Origin: a virus
IMG/VR virus record: IMGVR_UViG_3300005573_000063
Coordinates: 1 to 64,000 of that record
Length of the DNA stretch: 64,000 bases
Reading direction: 5' to 3' (one strand)
Part shown: one piece after another, positions 9,318-18,455 of the stretch
Layout: each line of letters begins with the position of its first letter
How positions within the stretch are numbered: the first letter of the stretch is position 1
Made by a program: the position numbers and the translations under genes
The notes under the pieces: generated by a model
Told to the model about the DNA's origin: nothing
Seen by the model: only the letters and a program-made list of their open reading frames with translations
The model's database searches: none

Positions 9318-9539
9318 TTACTTCGTATGATTATGCGGATGTTCTTTCCTGTCTTGGGCATTCTTTACCGAACGCCACGAATCTGCTAAGTGAGAGCAAT
9401 GATGATTTTCTAAGTGAGAGTAATGATGAGAACTCACCTTGTAGAAACTAGGAGCATTCTCCAAAGAAGCCCATATGCGGGGGTGGTAATTAGCCAAATG
9501 GGTCAGTAAACCTTTGGTACCTAAGAATGTTTTACCCAT
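9318..9539 (-). CDS. Six-His family small protein (member 6)
   Basis: HLANYH...HHYSH...HNH. Confidence 0.7.
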   Translation of the reverse strand: MGKTFLGTKGLLTHLANYHPRIWASLENAPSFYKVSSHHYSHLENHHCSHLADSWRSVKNAQDRKEHPHNHTK

Positions 9540-9599
9540 GAATCTTTCCTTGTTTTATTGTATCCCAAAGTGGGCTTTTTGAATAACTACAATATATCC

Positions 9600-10310
9600 C
9601 TAGCTCTCTGCTACGTAGGGGCGAGGAGTGAATGCGTAGGTCACTTCAGTACGCTGGACAGCAGGCGTAAGCTGGTCCAGTGTAATTAGACGCTCTGCGA
9701 GAGCCTTAGTAACTCGATCCTCCTCAAAGACATCCTCCACGGTCTTCCAGGAATCCACGATATTCCCATCGCTGTCCACGGTGCTGCTCGTGGTCGTGAC
9801 TGTCACGAAGAAGGTCTTGAACACCTTGGCTGAGACGTGCTCCTTGAGAATCTCTGGATTGATGTAGGGCTTGTTTCCCCTGATGTCACGCTCAATCTTC
9901 TTACCGTGCACCGCAGAGGAAATGTATGCCCTCTCGTCATCCCCAATCTTGCTTGCCTTGATAGCTCTCTGTGTAGCACCCTTCAGACCGTTCAGACGCC
10001 CCTGCAGAATTGAGATGGCAGTGTGAGCGGTGATGAATTCTCCAATGAGAGCATCCACCTCGTCCTGGTTGAGCACCCGAGATTTCTTAGGCTCAACGAA
10101 GGAAGTCACCACCTCTGGAAGGGTGTTCAGAGTTTCCAGGTCACGCACCTCAAGCTCAGGGTTAACCTCGCCTGCACGAGCCTTGACAGACACCCGAGTC
10201 TCGTGAAGAGGAGAGACTGCGTGCTGAGCAACCGCATCGTAGATGCTGATTTCTCCTTTGACAATCTTCTCAAGAAGTCCCTGCTCAGCAGCCCTAATGT
10301 CCTTTGCCAT
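9600..10310 (-). CDS. Hypothetical protein
   Basis: 236 aa ORF with GC-richer codons, SD AAGGAG and its own promoter. Confidence 0.6.
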   Translation of the reverse strand: MAKDIRAAEQGLLEKIVKGEISIYDAVAQHAVSPLHETRVSVKARAGEVNPELEVRDLETLNTLPEVVTSFVEPKKSRVLNQDEVDALIGEFITAHTAISILQGRLNGLKGATQRAIKASKIGDDERAYISSAVHGKKIERDIRGNKPYINPEILKEHVSAKVFKTFFVTVTTTSSTVDSDGNIVDSWKTVEDVFEEDRVTKALAERLITLDQLTPAVQRTEVTYAFTPRPYVAES

Positions 10311-10339
10311 TTTTTCTCTCCTTTATCGTTGATGCTCTC

Positions 10340-10368
10340 ATCATACTACAAGTTCCGCTCGGTGTCAA
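10340..10368 (-). promoter_or_regulatory. sigma70/SigA-type promoter
   Basis: TTGACA-N17-TATGAT. Confidence 0.7.
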
Positions 10369-10410
10369 GTAGAGATTTTCTCAGCGAGACTCCTTGAACA
10401 TACGATAGCA

Positions 10411-10683
10411 TTATGGAAACAAAGCCAAACATACAAGAGCAAAACCGAACCCTTCAACTACCAGAGGAATAAATACAGGATGAGAGAGAACTCCAATAAC
10501 CCCAATCGCTCCCTGGCCTATAATACCCCAAATAGTAGCCCAAAATGAAAGAGTAGCCCAAAACTTAAATTTCTTATTCGCTTCGTCCAATTCCCTACAA
10601 GCATCTTGATACCTCTCAAGCGAACTTACCCATGGGTCCTGATTTGCCCTTTGGATATTGCCAACATTTCTATCGTCCTTCAT
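10411..10683 (-). CDS. Small membrane protein
   Basis: Two C-terminal hydrophobic segments. Confidence 0.5.
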   Translation of the reverse strand: MKDDRNVGNIQRANQDPWVSSLERYQDACRELDEANKKFKFWATLSFWATIWGIIGQGAIGVIGVLSHPVFIPLVVEGFGFALVCLALFP

Positions 10684-11161
10684 TTATAGACCTATTCTTC
10701 CATAGAAGATATTCACTTGATTCCAATAGTCTTTCTCCATCCATTACTGTGATACCCCTTGTAAGGGCTTGGGCTGTAAGGGCTTGGGTTACCAGATCTG
10801 CTACTATTGGACTAGACCCAAAAGTCAACACAACATCAGGCATAGAAAGCAGCATCCTTTCATTCCGGAATGAACCTGCTGAAGGACATTGGGTCCTAAA
10901 TCCTTTTCTTACTCGATGTTTACTAGGGCACCACGGCGCACAAGGAGCAGTCCAGTGTGCCGGAATCTCGAAAAGATCTACACTGTTATTATTATACAAA
11001 TTAATACTTGTTGTCCAAAGCAAAGCTGCTGCATCTGCTCCTTTTCCCCCTCCGGTGACGATAACCATGGGAGATGTTGTCTTCGTGTAATAATAATCTA
11101 ATGCATCGAAGACATTCCACTCTTTCGTGTAGTCTTCGGCTCCAGTCACTATTAAGTTCAT
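10670..11161 (-). CDS. SLOG/YspA-like (DUF2493-type) protein
   Basis: LIVTG, VTGGGKGAD, AGSFRNERML. Confidence 0.7.
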   Translation of the reverse strand: MNLIVTGAEDYTKEWNVFDALDYYYTKTTSPMVIVTGGGKGADAAALLWTTSINLYNNNSVDLFEIPAHWTAPCAPWCPSKHRVRKGFRTQCPSAGSFRNERMLLSMPDVVLTFGSSPIVADLVTQALTAQALTRGITVMDGERLLESSEYLLWKNRSINEGR

Positions 11162-11183
11162 AGAATTCCTTCTTCACGTTTCC

Positions 11184-11540
11184 TTACGAGTCCCATAAAC
11201 TATCTAGGACTTCGAAGATAAGGTTAATATCTTGTCCACACTCTACAAGCTCACCGATATCTTCATCTGCAGGGAGTCTTCCATGAGTCTCGCCGAATTT
11301 CCTCATCGCTATCAGAATAGCAGTACGGGCTTTTTCTGTAGCAATTTCCCTCTGGAGTCTTTCTCTTTCCATAGCAATTTCTTGCATCGTTCTTTTATGG
11401 ACTTCATCTCCAGATTCATGCCTAAGTCGAACACTCTCATTCTCGTATTCTATTCCCAGAAATTTCCTCAACAGGAAGAATGCTTGAATAGTTGTCCATA
11501 CTCCTAGAAAGATGATTACTTGTAGCTCCAAAAGAGACAT
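11184..11540 (-). CDS. Membrane-anchored coiled-coil protein
   Basis: N-terminal TM segment, then a charged helix; similar layout to 4334..4648. Confidence 0.5.
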   Translation of the reverse strand: MSLLELQVIIFLGVWTTIQAFFLLRKFLGIEYENESVRLRHESGDEVHKRTMQEIAMERERLQREIATEKARTAILIAMRKFGETHGRLPADEDIGELVECGQDINLIFEVLDSLWDS

Positions 11541-11542
11541 GA

Positions 11543-11902
11543 CTACCTGCCTTTCGCTACATCTGGCAAGCGCTCGATACGACGCTTCTCCTCATGCTCA
11601 GCCCAGAAGAGGTCCTGAAGCAATCTGCGCCCTTGCGCTCGTGGGCTAAGTCGTGGGTCCTTGAGAGGGGCCACAGGTGGCTTAGGACGGTCTTCTCGCA
11701 CCTCTGCGCACTGACACGAAATCTTCCCCTCTTCTCCAACCTTGTGGGGGATGCTGAAATGTTCCACGAAAGGAGCAACATCCTCACAGCGAGAGGATGT
11801 ATTGTTTTGGGAACGATTGAAATTACTCATTATTCTCCTTAGAGGTGTCGGGACGGTTCTTACCGATGTATCGCTCAAACTTGTCTCTATGTGCGGGATC
11901 AT
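11543..11902 (-). CDS. Hypothetical protein (start uncertain)
   Basis: ORF in the operon direction; internal MSNFN start preceded by AAGGAG is more likely. Confidence 0.4.
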   Translation of the reverse strand: MIPHIETSLSDTSVRTVPTPLRRIMSNFNRSQNNTSSRCEDVAPFVEHFSIPHKVGEEGKISCQCAEVREDRPKPPVAPLKDPRLSPRAQGRRLLQDLFWAEHEEKRRIERLPDVAKGR

Positions 11903-12005
11903 CTGCTACTGATGTTAGTTCCCCAAATGCCTTCTCTAATTCACTAAAAGGATCTCTCTCCCTCTCTGCTGAACGAGGTTTTCCCATATATTTGTCCTCC
12001 TTGTG

Positions 12006-12479
12006 TTAAGAGGTGAAGCACCTCTTGTGCTGAGTATAGTATAGCGCCTGATCCATAGCAATCCTGATTACAGGTTCCTCGTCGGGGTCAGGCAACCCCT
12101 CCTGAAGGTACTGTATCACACTCTTACCGTGAAGCGCAAGCTGGGGACACAGGAGCCACCCTGTCAGGGTCCACATGTCTACTATCTTATAGTCGAATTC
12201 ACTCAACACCACAGGAAGACCAGTCAGAATATCTGTCTCTACAAAATTCCATTCAGGATAAAACAGCTTATCCTCAGAGGTAACGATTCCGACAATTTGG
12301 TGTGTGTCAGTAATTTTTTTCAGGTCAGTGGGACTGATCCCTAATTGTTCACAAACCTGTCCTGGAGTAAGGACAGGTCCCAGAATATCCTTCCAGTCTT
12401 CATCTTCAAGAAATAATTCAGTAGTCACTGAACTCCTAAATAGTTGGTGGGAAGGAACTCCCGAAGAGCCCCTTCCCAC
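12006..12479 (-). CDS. Putative DNA-binding protein (HTH plus Xre/MbcA-like C-terminus)
   Basis: LTPGQVCEQLGIS HTH, YPEWNF, WL...LHGKSVIQYL; similar to 50708..51139. Confidence 0.5.
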   Translation of the reverse strand: MGRGSSGVPSHQLFRSSVTTELFLEDEDWKDILGPVLTPGQVCEQLGISPTDLKKITDTHQIVGIVTSEDKLFYPEWNFVETDILTGLPVVLSEFDYKIVDMWTLTGWLLCPQLALHGKSVIQYLQEGLPDPDEEPVIRIAMDQALYYTQHKRCFTS

Positions 12480-12507
12480 CTATGCTACCTCTTCTAGACT
12501 ACCAGAG

Positions 12508-12819
12508 TCAAATCGCCTGCGCAACGTCCTCCTGAGAGTCATCCACAGGAGTCTCCACCGGTATCTGAACCTGGACCTTCGAGGCATTCTTGGAACCGAG
12601 CGGACGACCCCTCCGAGGAGGGGTAGCACCAACCTGGACATCCCTCAGGTTGAACTCCTTGCGAGGGCCGAATGCACCCTTCTCACCTCGAAGCTGGACG
12701 ACCACCAGAGTAGTGGGACGACCACGCTTGCCTGTAGGGACGGTCTTAGAGCTGCAGACCCTACCGACGCCAGCAGGGGTCCGAACGACTGTGTTCTTGA
12801 TGATCTGTGTGAGCTTCAT
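12508..12819 (-). CDS. AT-hook DNA-binding protein
   Basis: GKRGRP and PRRGRPLGSKN AT-hooks; two upstream promoters. Confidence 0.6.
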   Translation of the reverse strand: MKLTQIIKNTVVRTPAGVGRVCSSKTVPTGKRGRPTTLVVVQLRGEKGAFGPRKEFNLRDVQVGATPPRRGRPLGSKNASKVQVQIPVETPVDDSQEDVAQAI

Positions 12820-12861
12820 TTCTTTCTCCTTTGGGTGGTAGGGGCTTTCCCTTATGCCTTT

Positions 12862-12890
12862 ACTATATCATATGCTGTCCTGCGTGTCAA
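12862..12890 (-). promoter_or_regulatory. sigma70/SigA-type promoter
   Basis: TTGACA-N17-TATAGT. Confidence 0.7.
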
Positions 12891-12935
12891 GAAGCTTTTT
12901 CTTTTTCTTAGAACCGCTTGCTTCCAACAAGAAGA

Positions 12936-12964
12936 ACATTACTATCTCCCTTCTCGGTTGTCAA
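12936..12964 (-). promoter_or_regulatory. sigma70/SigA-type promoter
   Basis: TTGACA-N17-TAATGT. Confidence 0.55.
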
Positions 12965-13098
12965 GTCCGCACGGGAGATTTTCTGAAAAATCTTCCTGAG
13001 CACGAAGATCGGCAGATCACGGTATGATGAGAAGGTGTAATCTGTGCTCGATGCTACCAAGTGAGCCGAGCAAGTTAACCTAAAAGGAATAATTAATA

Positions 13099-14397
13099 GT
13101 GCTAAAGCTAAAAAATGTAGACTTAGCTCCTGCTCAGCAGCATATTCTGGATGAGATGAGCGAAGATGTCACTGTCTCTACTGCAGAGATTCTCCGTACT
13201 CTCGCATCATGGGGACACGAGGTAAGTTATCACACTGTAGCAGATAAACGACCTGTCACACCCGACCCTCCTGTCTCAGAGCGGAAAAAAGAAACCAACG
13301 CAAAAATTGCTGAGCTGCTAGAACGAAGTGCGATCAGCATAGATCAAGTTGGCAGAGCAGAAAAAATCAAGGTGTACCAGGGATTCTCCAAAAATAAGGA
13401 TGGAGAGCCCGAGGTAGTAGATATGGTGTCCATATCGCTCTCTCCATCATGGGACGAGGGTCCCAAATGGCCCTTAATCCAGCAGAGTGACCCTGTAATA
13501 GTGCGCCAGAACCTTCCTAAGAAGTTCACAAAGCTGGGAGAGAGCTGGAAGACTGCAGTAATCCTGCCAGATATCCAGGCTGGATTTTATTTTGACGGTA
13601 AAAATCAACTAATTCCAACACACGATGAAAGAGCTATAGGAGTAGCGCTCCAAATTGTTGCTGCTGAGGACCCGGACCTTGTAGTAATGGTGGGAGATGG
13701 TCTGGACCTTCCAGAGCTTTCTAAGTTTAGACTGACTCCGGCTTTTCAGAGGACTCTTCAGCCCACTATTGACTGGACCGCTCAGTTCGGCGCCAAGTTA
13801 AGGGCTGCAGCACCTAATGCTAGAATTATTTGGCTAGCAGGTAATCACGAAGAAAGAATGCCTAACTATATTCTGGATAATGCGATAGCGGCTTTCGGAA
13901 TTAAAAGAGGAGAAGCGCCTCAAGAATGGCCCGTTTTCTCTGTTCCTTTTCTCTGCAGGTTTGAAGAAAACGGAATTGAATTTCTTCCTGGCTATCCAGC
14001 CAACGAATTCTATATTAACGACAGGATTAAGGTCATCCACGGACATAAGGTGAATAGCACAGGCTCTACGGTTCACAAATATTTGGACACAGAGCGTGTA
14101 TCTACTATTTCTGGACATGTTCACAGAATAGAAAAGGGACATCGTACTCGTCGTACCAGAAATGGTTCTCGTACAATTATGGCTGCTTCTCCTGGTTGTC
14201 TTGCACGAGTAGATGGTCCTGTTCCATCTACCAAGGGAGCGACTGATCTATCTGGCATTCCGCTGACTTCATATGAAGATTGGCAACAGGGATTGGCAGT
14301 AGTTCGTTATGAAGAAGGAGATGGGAGATTTATCTACACAGATATCCCTATTTTTGATGGATGGGCTATGTGGAGAGATAAAGAATTTGTAGCATAA
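13099..14397 (+). CDS. Calcineurin-like metallophosphoesterase
   Basis: LPDIQ, VGDGLD, GNHE, HGH and SGHVH motifs. Confidence 0.8.
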   Translation: MLKLKNVDLAPAQQHILDEMSEDVTVSTAEILRTLASWGHEVSYHTVADKRPVTPDPPVSERKKETNAKIAELLERSAISIDQVGRAEKIKVYQGFSKNKDGEPEVVDMVSISLSPSWDEGPKWPLIQQSDPVIVRQNLPKKFTKLGESWKTAVILPDIQAGFYFDGKNQLIPTHDERAIGVALQIVAAEDPDLVVMVGDGLDLPELSKFRLTPAFQRTLQPTIDWTAQFGAKLRAAAPNARIIWLAGNHEERMPNYILDNAIAAFGIKRGEAPQEWPVFSVPFLCRFEENGIEFLPGYPANEFYINDRIKVIHGHKVNSTGSTVHKYLDTERVSTISGHVHRIEKGHRTRRTRNGSRTIMAASPGCLARVDGPVPSTKGATDLSGIPLTSYEDWQQGLAVVRYEEGDGRFIYTDIPIFDGWAMWRDKEFVA

Positions 14398-14426
14398 CGA
14401 TACAACAATAAGAGCTGTTTAAAGAG

Positions 14427-14463
14427 TGTCTCCTGTCGAACTATTTGATAGGAGACATTTTTT
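14427..14463 (+). terminator. Hairpin plus U-tract, also covering the SD of the first structural gene
   Basis: TGTCTCCTGTCGAA-CTAT-TTGATAGGAGACA followed by TTTTTT. Confidence 0.5.
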
Positions 14464-15165
14464 ATGATTGTAGTCAAGTCCAATGAATTATTTGCAGACC
14501 AACAGAATAGAAATTTCGTTTCTGAGGCATTGCAATATTGGGGAGAACTCGTGGTTTGTAGACTCAAATGGCGTGTTGAAGATTTTGATGCTGGTTTAGT
14601 TACTCGCTGTACTGAGTGTCAAGCTACTCCTAATCCAACCATCCCTGATTCACAAGTTCAGTCTCGATTGAGTCAAGTCTATAAGCAGTCTGGAGATTGG
14701 TGGTGTCCTGCATGTTTCGGAGTGGGATTCACTGGTGGATTTAAGCCAGTTATCTACCAACTTTTTACATTAGTACAGGATACCTCTGAAAAGAGAAAGA
14801 GAGATAAATACGGTAGGTTTTGGTCTGAGAACCCAGAAGCCTCGTTCTATGCTGTCCCTACCCTAAAGGATGGAGACTTGATAATCCGTATTGAAAAATG
14901 GGATTTGTCTACTCAAACTCCTCTACTTCCAGGAGAACGCTTTGAGCTTCAGACTGTAGCTCCTCAAACCCTAAGAACTGGACCTACAAATTCTATTACA
15001 CGAGGACAGCAGATTTACAATCAGACATGGGAAATCCTCATTGGACAAACAGCAATACTCTCTAATCTGCCAGAAAATCACCCCTTCTACTCTGTAGAAT
15101 ACACCGACCCTTCTATCCAAACCGTAAATAACGAACTAAATCCAGGATTTTATCCAAGTCTATAA
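14464..15165 (+). CDS. Putative head-tail connector/neck protein
   Basis: CTEC...CPACFGVGFTGGF; lies upstream of the tail completion and sheath genes. Confidence 0.55.
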   Translation: MIVVKSNELFADQQNRNFVSEALQYWGELVVCRLKWRVEDFDAGLVTRCTECQATPNPTIPDSQVQSRLSQVYKQSGDWWCPACFGVGFTGGFKPVIYQLFTLVQDTSEKRKRDKYGRFWSENPEASFYAVPTLKDGDLIIRIEKWDLSTQTPLLPGERFELQTVAPQTLRTGPTNSITRGQQIYNQTWEILIGQTAILSNLPENHPFYSVEYTDPSIQTVNNELNPGFYPSL

Positions 15166-15675
15166 ATGCCAGTCTACCCATTACCTGCTCAATTTACTGC
15201 ACAAGTAGCTGCAAAGGCTTCTGTAGTGGCACGTAGACGAGCACCAGTTGCAAGGTTCAATTCAAAAGGAGGGGCCAAGTCTCTTTATCCTATTTCTACT
15301 ACAGGTGTTGTAGGAATAGGTGTTCCTCAATCTCATCATTATATGATGTATCAAGAAAAGGGAACTCGTCCTCACGTAATGTGGGAATTAGCTGGAAAAA
15401 CAATTCCTATTCGAGGCCCATCAGGTGTAATCAGTTTTCGATACGCCAACCCATCTAAGATTGGGAATCTAGTTCCTATTAGAGACAACACTGGCGCAGT
15501 TGTAGGAAGTAAAATTGCATGGTATAACCCAGGAATTAAGGCTAAAGGATTCATGATCTCCTCTCTGGAAGAGGAGATACAAAAATTTTGGATGTCCTTA
15601 ACACCAGAGATTAAAGTTCAGATAGTCAAGAATATTCCCGAACTAGAACCACTTTTGAAAAGAGCTAGAGTTTAA
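15166..15675 (+). CDS. Putative neck/tail completion protein
   Basis: YQEKGTRPH...YNPGIKAKGFM motif of HK97 gp10-like proteins; synteny. Confidence 0.55.
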   Translation: MPVYPLPAQFTAQVAAKASVVARRRAPVARFNSKGGAKSLYPISTTGVVGIGVPQSHHYMMYQEKGTRPHVMWELAGKTIPIRGPSGVISFRYANPSKIGNLVPIRDNTGAVVGSKIAWYNPGIKAKGFMISSLEEEIQKFWMSLTPEIKVQIVKNIPELEPLLKRARV

Positions 15676-16319
15676 TGTATATAACTGCATGCAAAGCGCT
15701 TCTAGTAGAAAGTCTCGCAAGCGGATTCAAGGCAATTAATCCTCTCCCCAACAACAATCCTCCTGGAATAGAGTTGATTCCTCAAAGCATAGGTGTTGAT
15801 TACCCTGAACAAGAAAACTATTGGCCTGGGTGCTTAGTACAATTTCATCCCACAAAAAACCAATACACTGGTTTGTTTCCAGATACTATAGTACAGGTTT
15901 CCAATGAATCTACATTTCAACAACAAAGACAATTATATTTCGAAGGATCGTGGGATATTTCAATCTATTCCACTCTTTCCGAAGAAAGAGATCGTCTATG
16001 GGAATCTCTTATAGATCTTTTTCTTCTTAATTCAGTTTCTCCCGGAGCTACCGCTTTCTGGGACAGCGTAAACAATTATGACTTAGTATCTGCAACATTA
16101 TTGCCTGGAACAGTAGAACCATTGGGAGACACAATTTCTCCTGGAGTACCGTGGAAACCAGAACTATTGATATATGAGGCTTCTATACGTGTGCAGGGAT
16201 GCGGAGTGTTTACCCCCCCTACCCTTGGACAAATCTACAATCCACTCACTCAAGTTCTACTCAATGCAGGTAGCTATCTTAGTCCACAGATAGCTAATTT
16301 CACCATCCCTCCTACTTAA
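15675..16319 (+). CDS. Putative tail terminator
   Basis: Immediately precedes the sheath gene; size typical. Confidence 0.5.
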   Translation: MYITACKALLVESLASGFKAINPLPNNNPPGIELIPQSIGVDYPEQENYWPGCLVQFHPTKNQYTGLFPDTIVQVSNESTFQQQRQLYFEGSWDISIYSTLSEERDRLWESLIDLFLLNSVSPGATAFWDSVNNYDLVSATLLPGTVEPLGDTISPGVPWKPELLIYEASIRVQGCGVFTPPTLGQIYNPLTQVLLNAGSYLSPQIANFTIPPT

Positions 16320-16394
16320 TTGTTTTCTTTTGCGTAATTTTGTTGTAGCACCACAGCATTTATTGAAGCATATCTCTCTCCTAAAGGTTCTAAG

Positions 16395-17894
16395 TTGGCT
16401 ACCTCTTTCAATACCTACTTAACTCCTGGCGTAACCGTACAAGAGATTCCAACACCCAGTGTTCCATCTCCGGTTGGGATTCCTGGTGCCCTTCCATGTC
16501 TTATTGGTGAAAGCGTTAATTACACCACAGGACAGGACACATTTCTACCCACTACAACCGCTCCTTATACGCTTTCTCAGCTAGGAGTGGCAGTCTCTAC
16601 CAATAGCGGTGGAGTAGAAGTTTTCACCAATGGGTCAGTAGTAGATCGTTATACGGGAGTTGTCTTTACCCCAGGAACAGATTACACGATCACTGTCAAT
16701 GCCTCTACCGATGGAAATAGCATAGACACAACTACTATTCTTGCTCCAACTTCAGGATCTAGAATGCTTCCTGCTAACGGGGGCTCTGGCTTTGCATTAA
16801 TCAACTACCAATACACCAACTCTTCATACTTTCAACCATACTTGTTCAGGTCTTTTAATTCAGTTTCAGCATTCTATGGCTCTCCCCTAACTGCAAGCGG
16901 GCAAGTAAATTCTCCTCTTTCATTAGCTGCCTATTTTGCTTTCCAAAATGGCGCTCAAGAAATAATGTGCTTAGCGGTTGAATCATCCTCTTCTACTCCG
17001 TCCAATACGGACTGGTCTAACAGTATAAACCAACTTACGTCTCAGCAGGGAATAGATGTAATCGTTCCTATTACTGGAACTCAAACTGTTCATGATGATC
17101 TGTATAGTTTTATAAACATACAAGCCCTTAACTCAATTTACACTAGAGGATTTGTAGGTCTAGATGGTGTAGCCAACTCTGTAACAACATCTGTTATTCA
17201 AGCAGAGGCTCAGGGATTCAATTCAACAAGGATGACAGTTGTTTCTCCTCCAGTAGTGACATTCAATGCAGGTCTGAATGGACTGCAGAGCCAGTCTATT
17301 ATCTACTTGGGTGGTCAGTATCTTGCTGCAGGATTAGCTGGATTATTTGCTAGTCAGAGCGGGGTTCAAATCCCAATGACTCAAAAGGCTATTGCTGGTT
17401 TTTATTCAATTCCCAATCAGCTTACTAAAACTGATACTGTAACGCTCCAGTCTAATGGAGTATGTTGTCTTTATCAGCACAGAAGTGGAGCCATCTTAGT
17501 TCAGCAAGCTCTTACAACTAATATGACAGATTATCTGAGCAGAGAAATTTCTGTGCAAGCTGCTGAAGATAAGTTGTATCAGGTCCTAGACAATACCCTT
17601 CTTTCACAGGGTTTGATAGGAAACGTTTTGCTACCGAGTACTCCTCTTACGGTAGCAAGTGCAGTAGTAAATGCTCTAGACACTGCGATGCAGTCAGGTC
17701 TTATCCAAGGATACGACACTATCACGTACAGTGTTCCTCCGAATAACCCCACAACTGTTCTAATTACTTTCCTTTATCTACCTACCCTTCCATTGAACTA
17801 CATTCAGGTTCAATATGGAATTGATACCACCTCTGGAGCAACTGGATTTTCATCTACTGTTTCTGGACTAACAGCTTCTTCGACTACGGCATAA
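16395..17894 (+). CDS. Tail sheath protein
   Basis: N-terminal YLTPGVTVQE; C-terminal sheath features (MTQK, LQSNGV, REISV, PTLPLNYI). Confidence 0.85.
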   Translation: MATSFNTYLTPGVTVQEIPTPSVPSPVGIPGALPCLIGESVNYTTGQDTFLPTTTAPYTLSQLGVAVSTNSGGVEVFTNGSVVDRYTGVVFTPGTDYTITVNASTDGNSIDTTTILAPTSGSRMLPANGGSGFALINYQYTNSSYFQPYLFRSFNSVSAFYGSPLTASGQVNSPLSLAAYFAFQNGAQEIMCLAVESSSSTPSNTDWSNSINQLTSQQGIDVIVPITGTQTVHDDLYSFINIQALNSIYTRGFVGLDGVANSVTTSVIQAEAQGFNSTRMTVVSPPVVTFNAGLNGLQSQSIIYLGGQYLAAGLAGLFASQSGVQIPMTQKAIAGFYSIPNQLTKTDTVTLQSNGVCCLYQHRSGAILVQQALTTNMTDYLSREISVQAAEDKLYQVLDNTLLSQGLIGNVLLPSTPLTVASAVVNALDTAMQSGLIQGYDTITYSVPPNNPTTVLITFLYLPTLPLNYIQVQYGIDTTSGATGFSSTVSGLTASSTTA

Positions 17895-17908
17895 GGTAAG
17901 GAAATTTA

Positions 17909-18427
17909 ATGCCAACATTAGGAAATATTCCGTCTACATTTAGAGTAGCAGGTGGTGGGTATACAACCTTCCATTTTAATGGACAACCTCTTCTGTATGT
18001 AGATGTACTTAGGGAGACAGCTCCACAACCTGTAGCTCGCCCTCAGCCTGTTCAGCCTCTTGATTCTCCTTACCCCATAGAAATTGCATTCCCTGCTGCA
18101 TTACAGGCAGGAACTATGGACGTTCAAATCCGAGAAGTCTGGAACGCTGAAGTTTGGGCTCAGCTGCCTACCACCTCAGGAACTTATCCCTACTCCGGTG
18201 CGGAAGACCTATTAGGAGTATTCAAGGCAAATCTTGCTGCGGGTACAATCACTTGTACTAAAATTATTACCTATCCAAATAATTCAGGTCGCAGAGCCAT
18301 TCAGTATTTGAATTGCGTAGTTACCAACGTTCAGGTTGATGAGACTGACGCAATTGATACAATGACTCTCCCGAAGACCATCACCATAATGTATACCCAG
18401 CGTAAGGCGTATAACTACTCTTCCTAA
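17909..18427 (+). CDS. Tail tube protein
   Basis: 172 aa, directly after the sheath gene; YLNCVVT motif. Confidence 0.7.
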   Translation: MPTLGNIPSTFRVAGGGYTTFHFNGQPLLYVDVLRETAPQPVARPQPVQPLDSPYPIEIAFPAALQAGTMDVQIREVWNAEVWAQLPTTSGTYPYSGAEDLLGVFKANLAAGTITCTKIITYPNNSGRRAIQYLNCVVTNVQVDETDAIDTMTLPKTITIMYTQRKAYNYSS

Positions 18428-18455
18428 GAAGACAGACCAAAAAGGATAATTCAAT

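Noticed and set aside
12304-12999. 231 aa plus-strand ORF and similar antisense ORFs (e.g. 3447..3818, 10632..11090, 62610..63044)
   Set aside because: They are shadows of better-supported opposite-strand genes that have SDs and promoters, and they carry no motifs.
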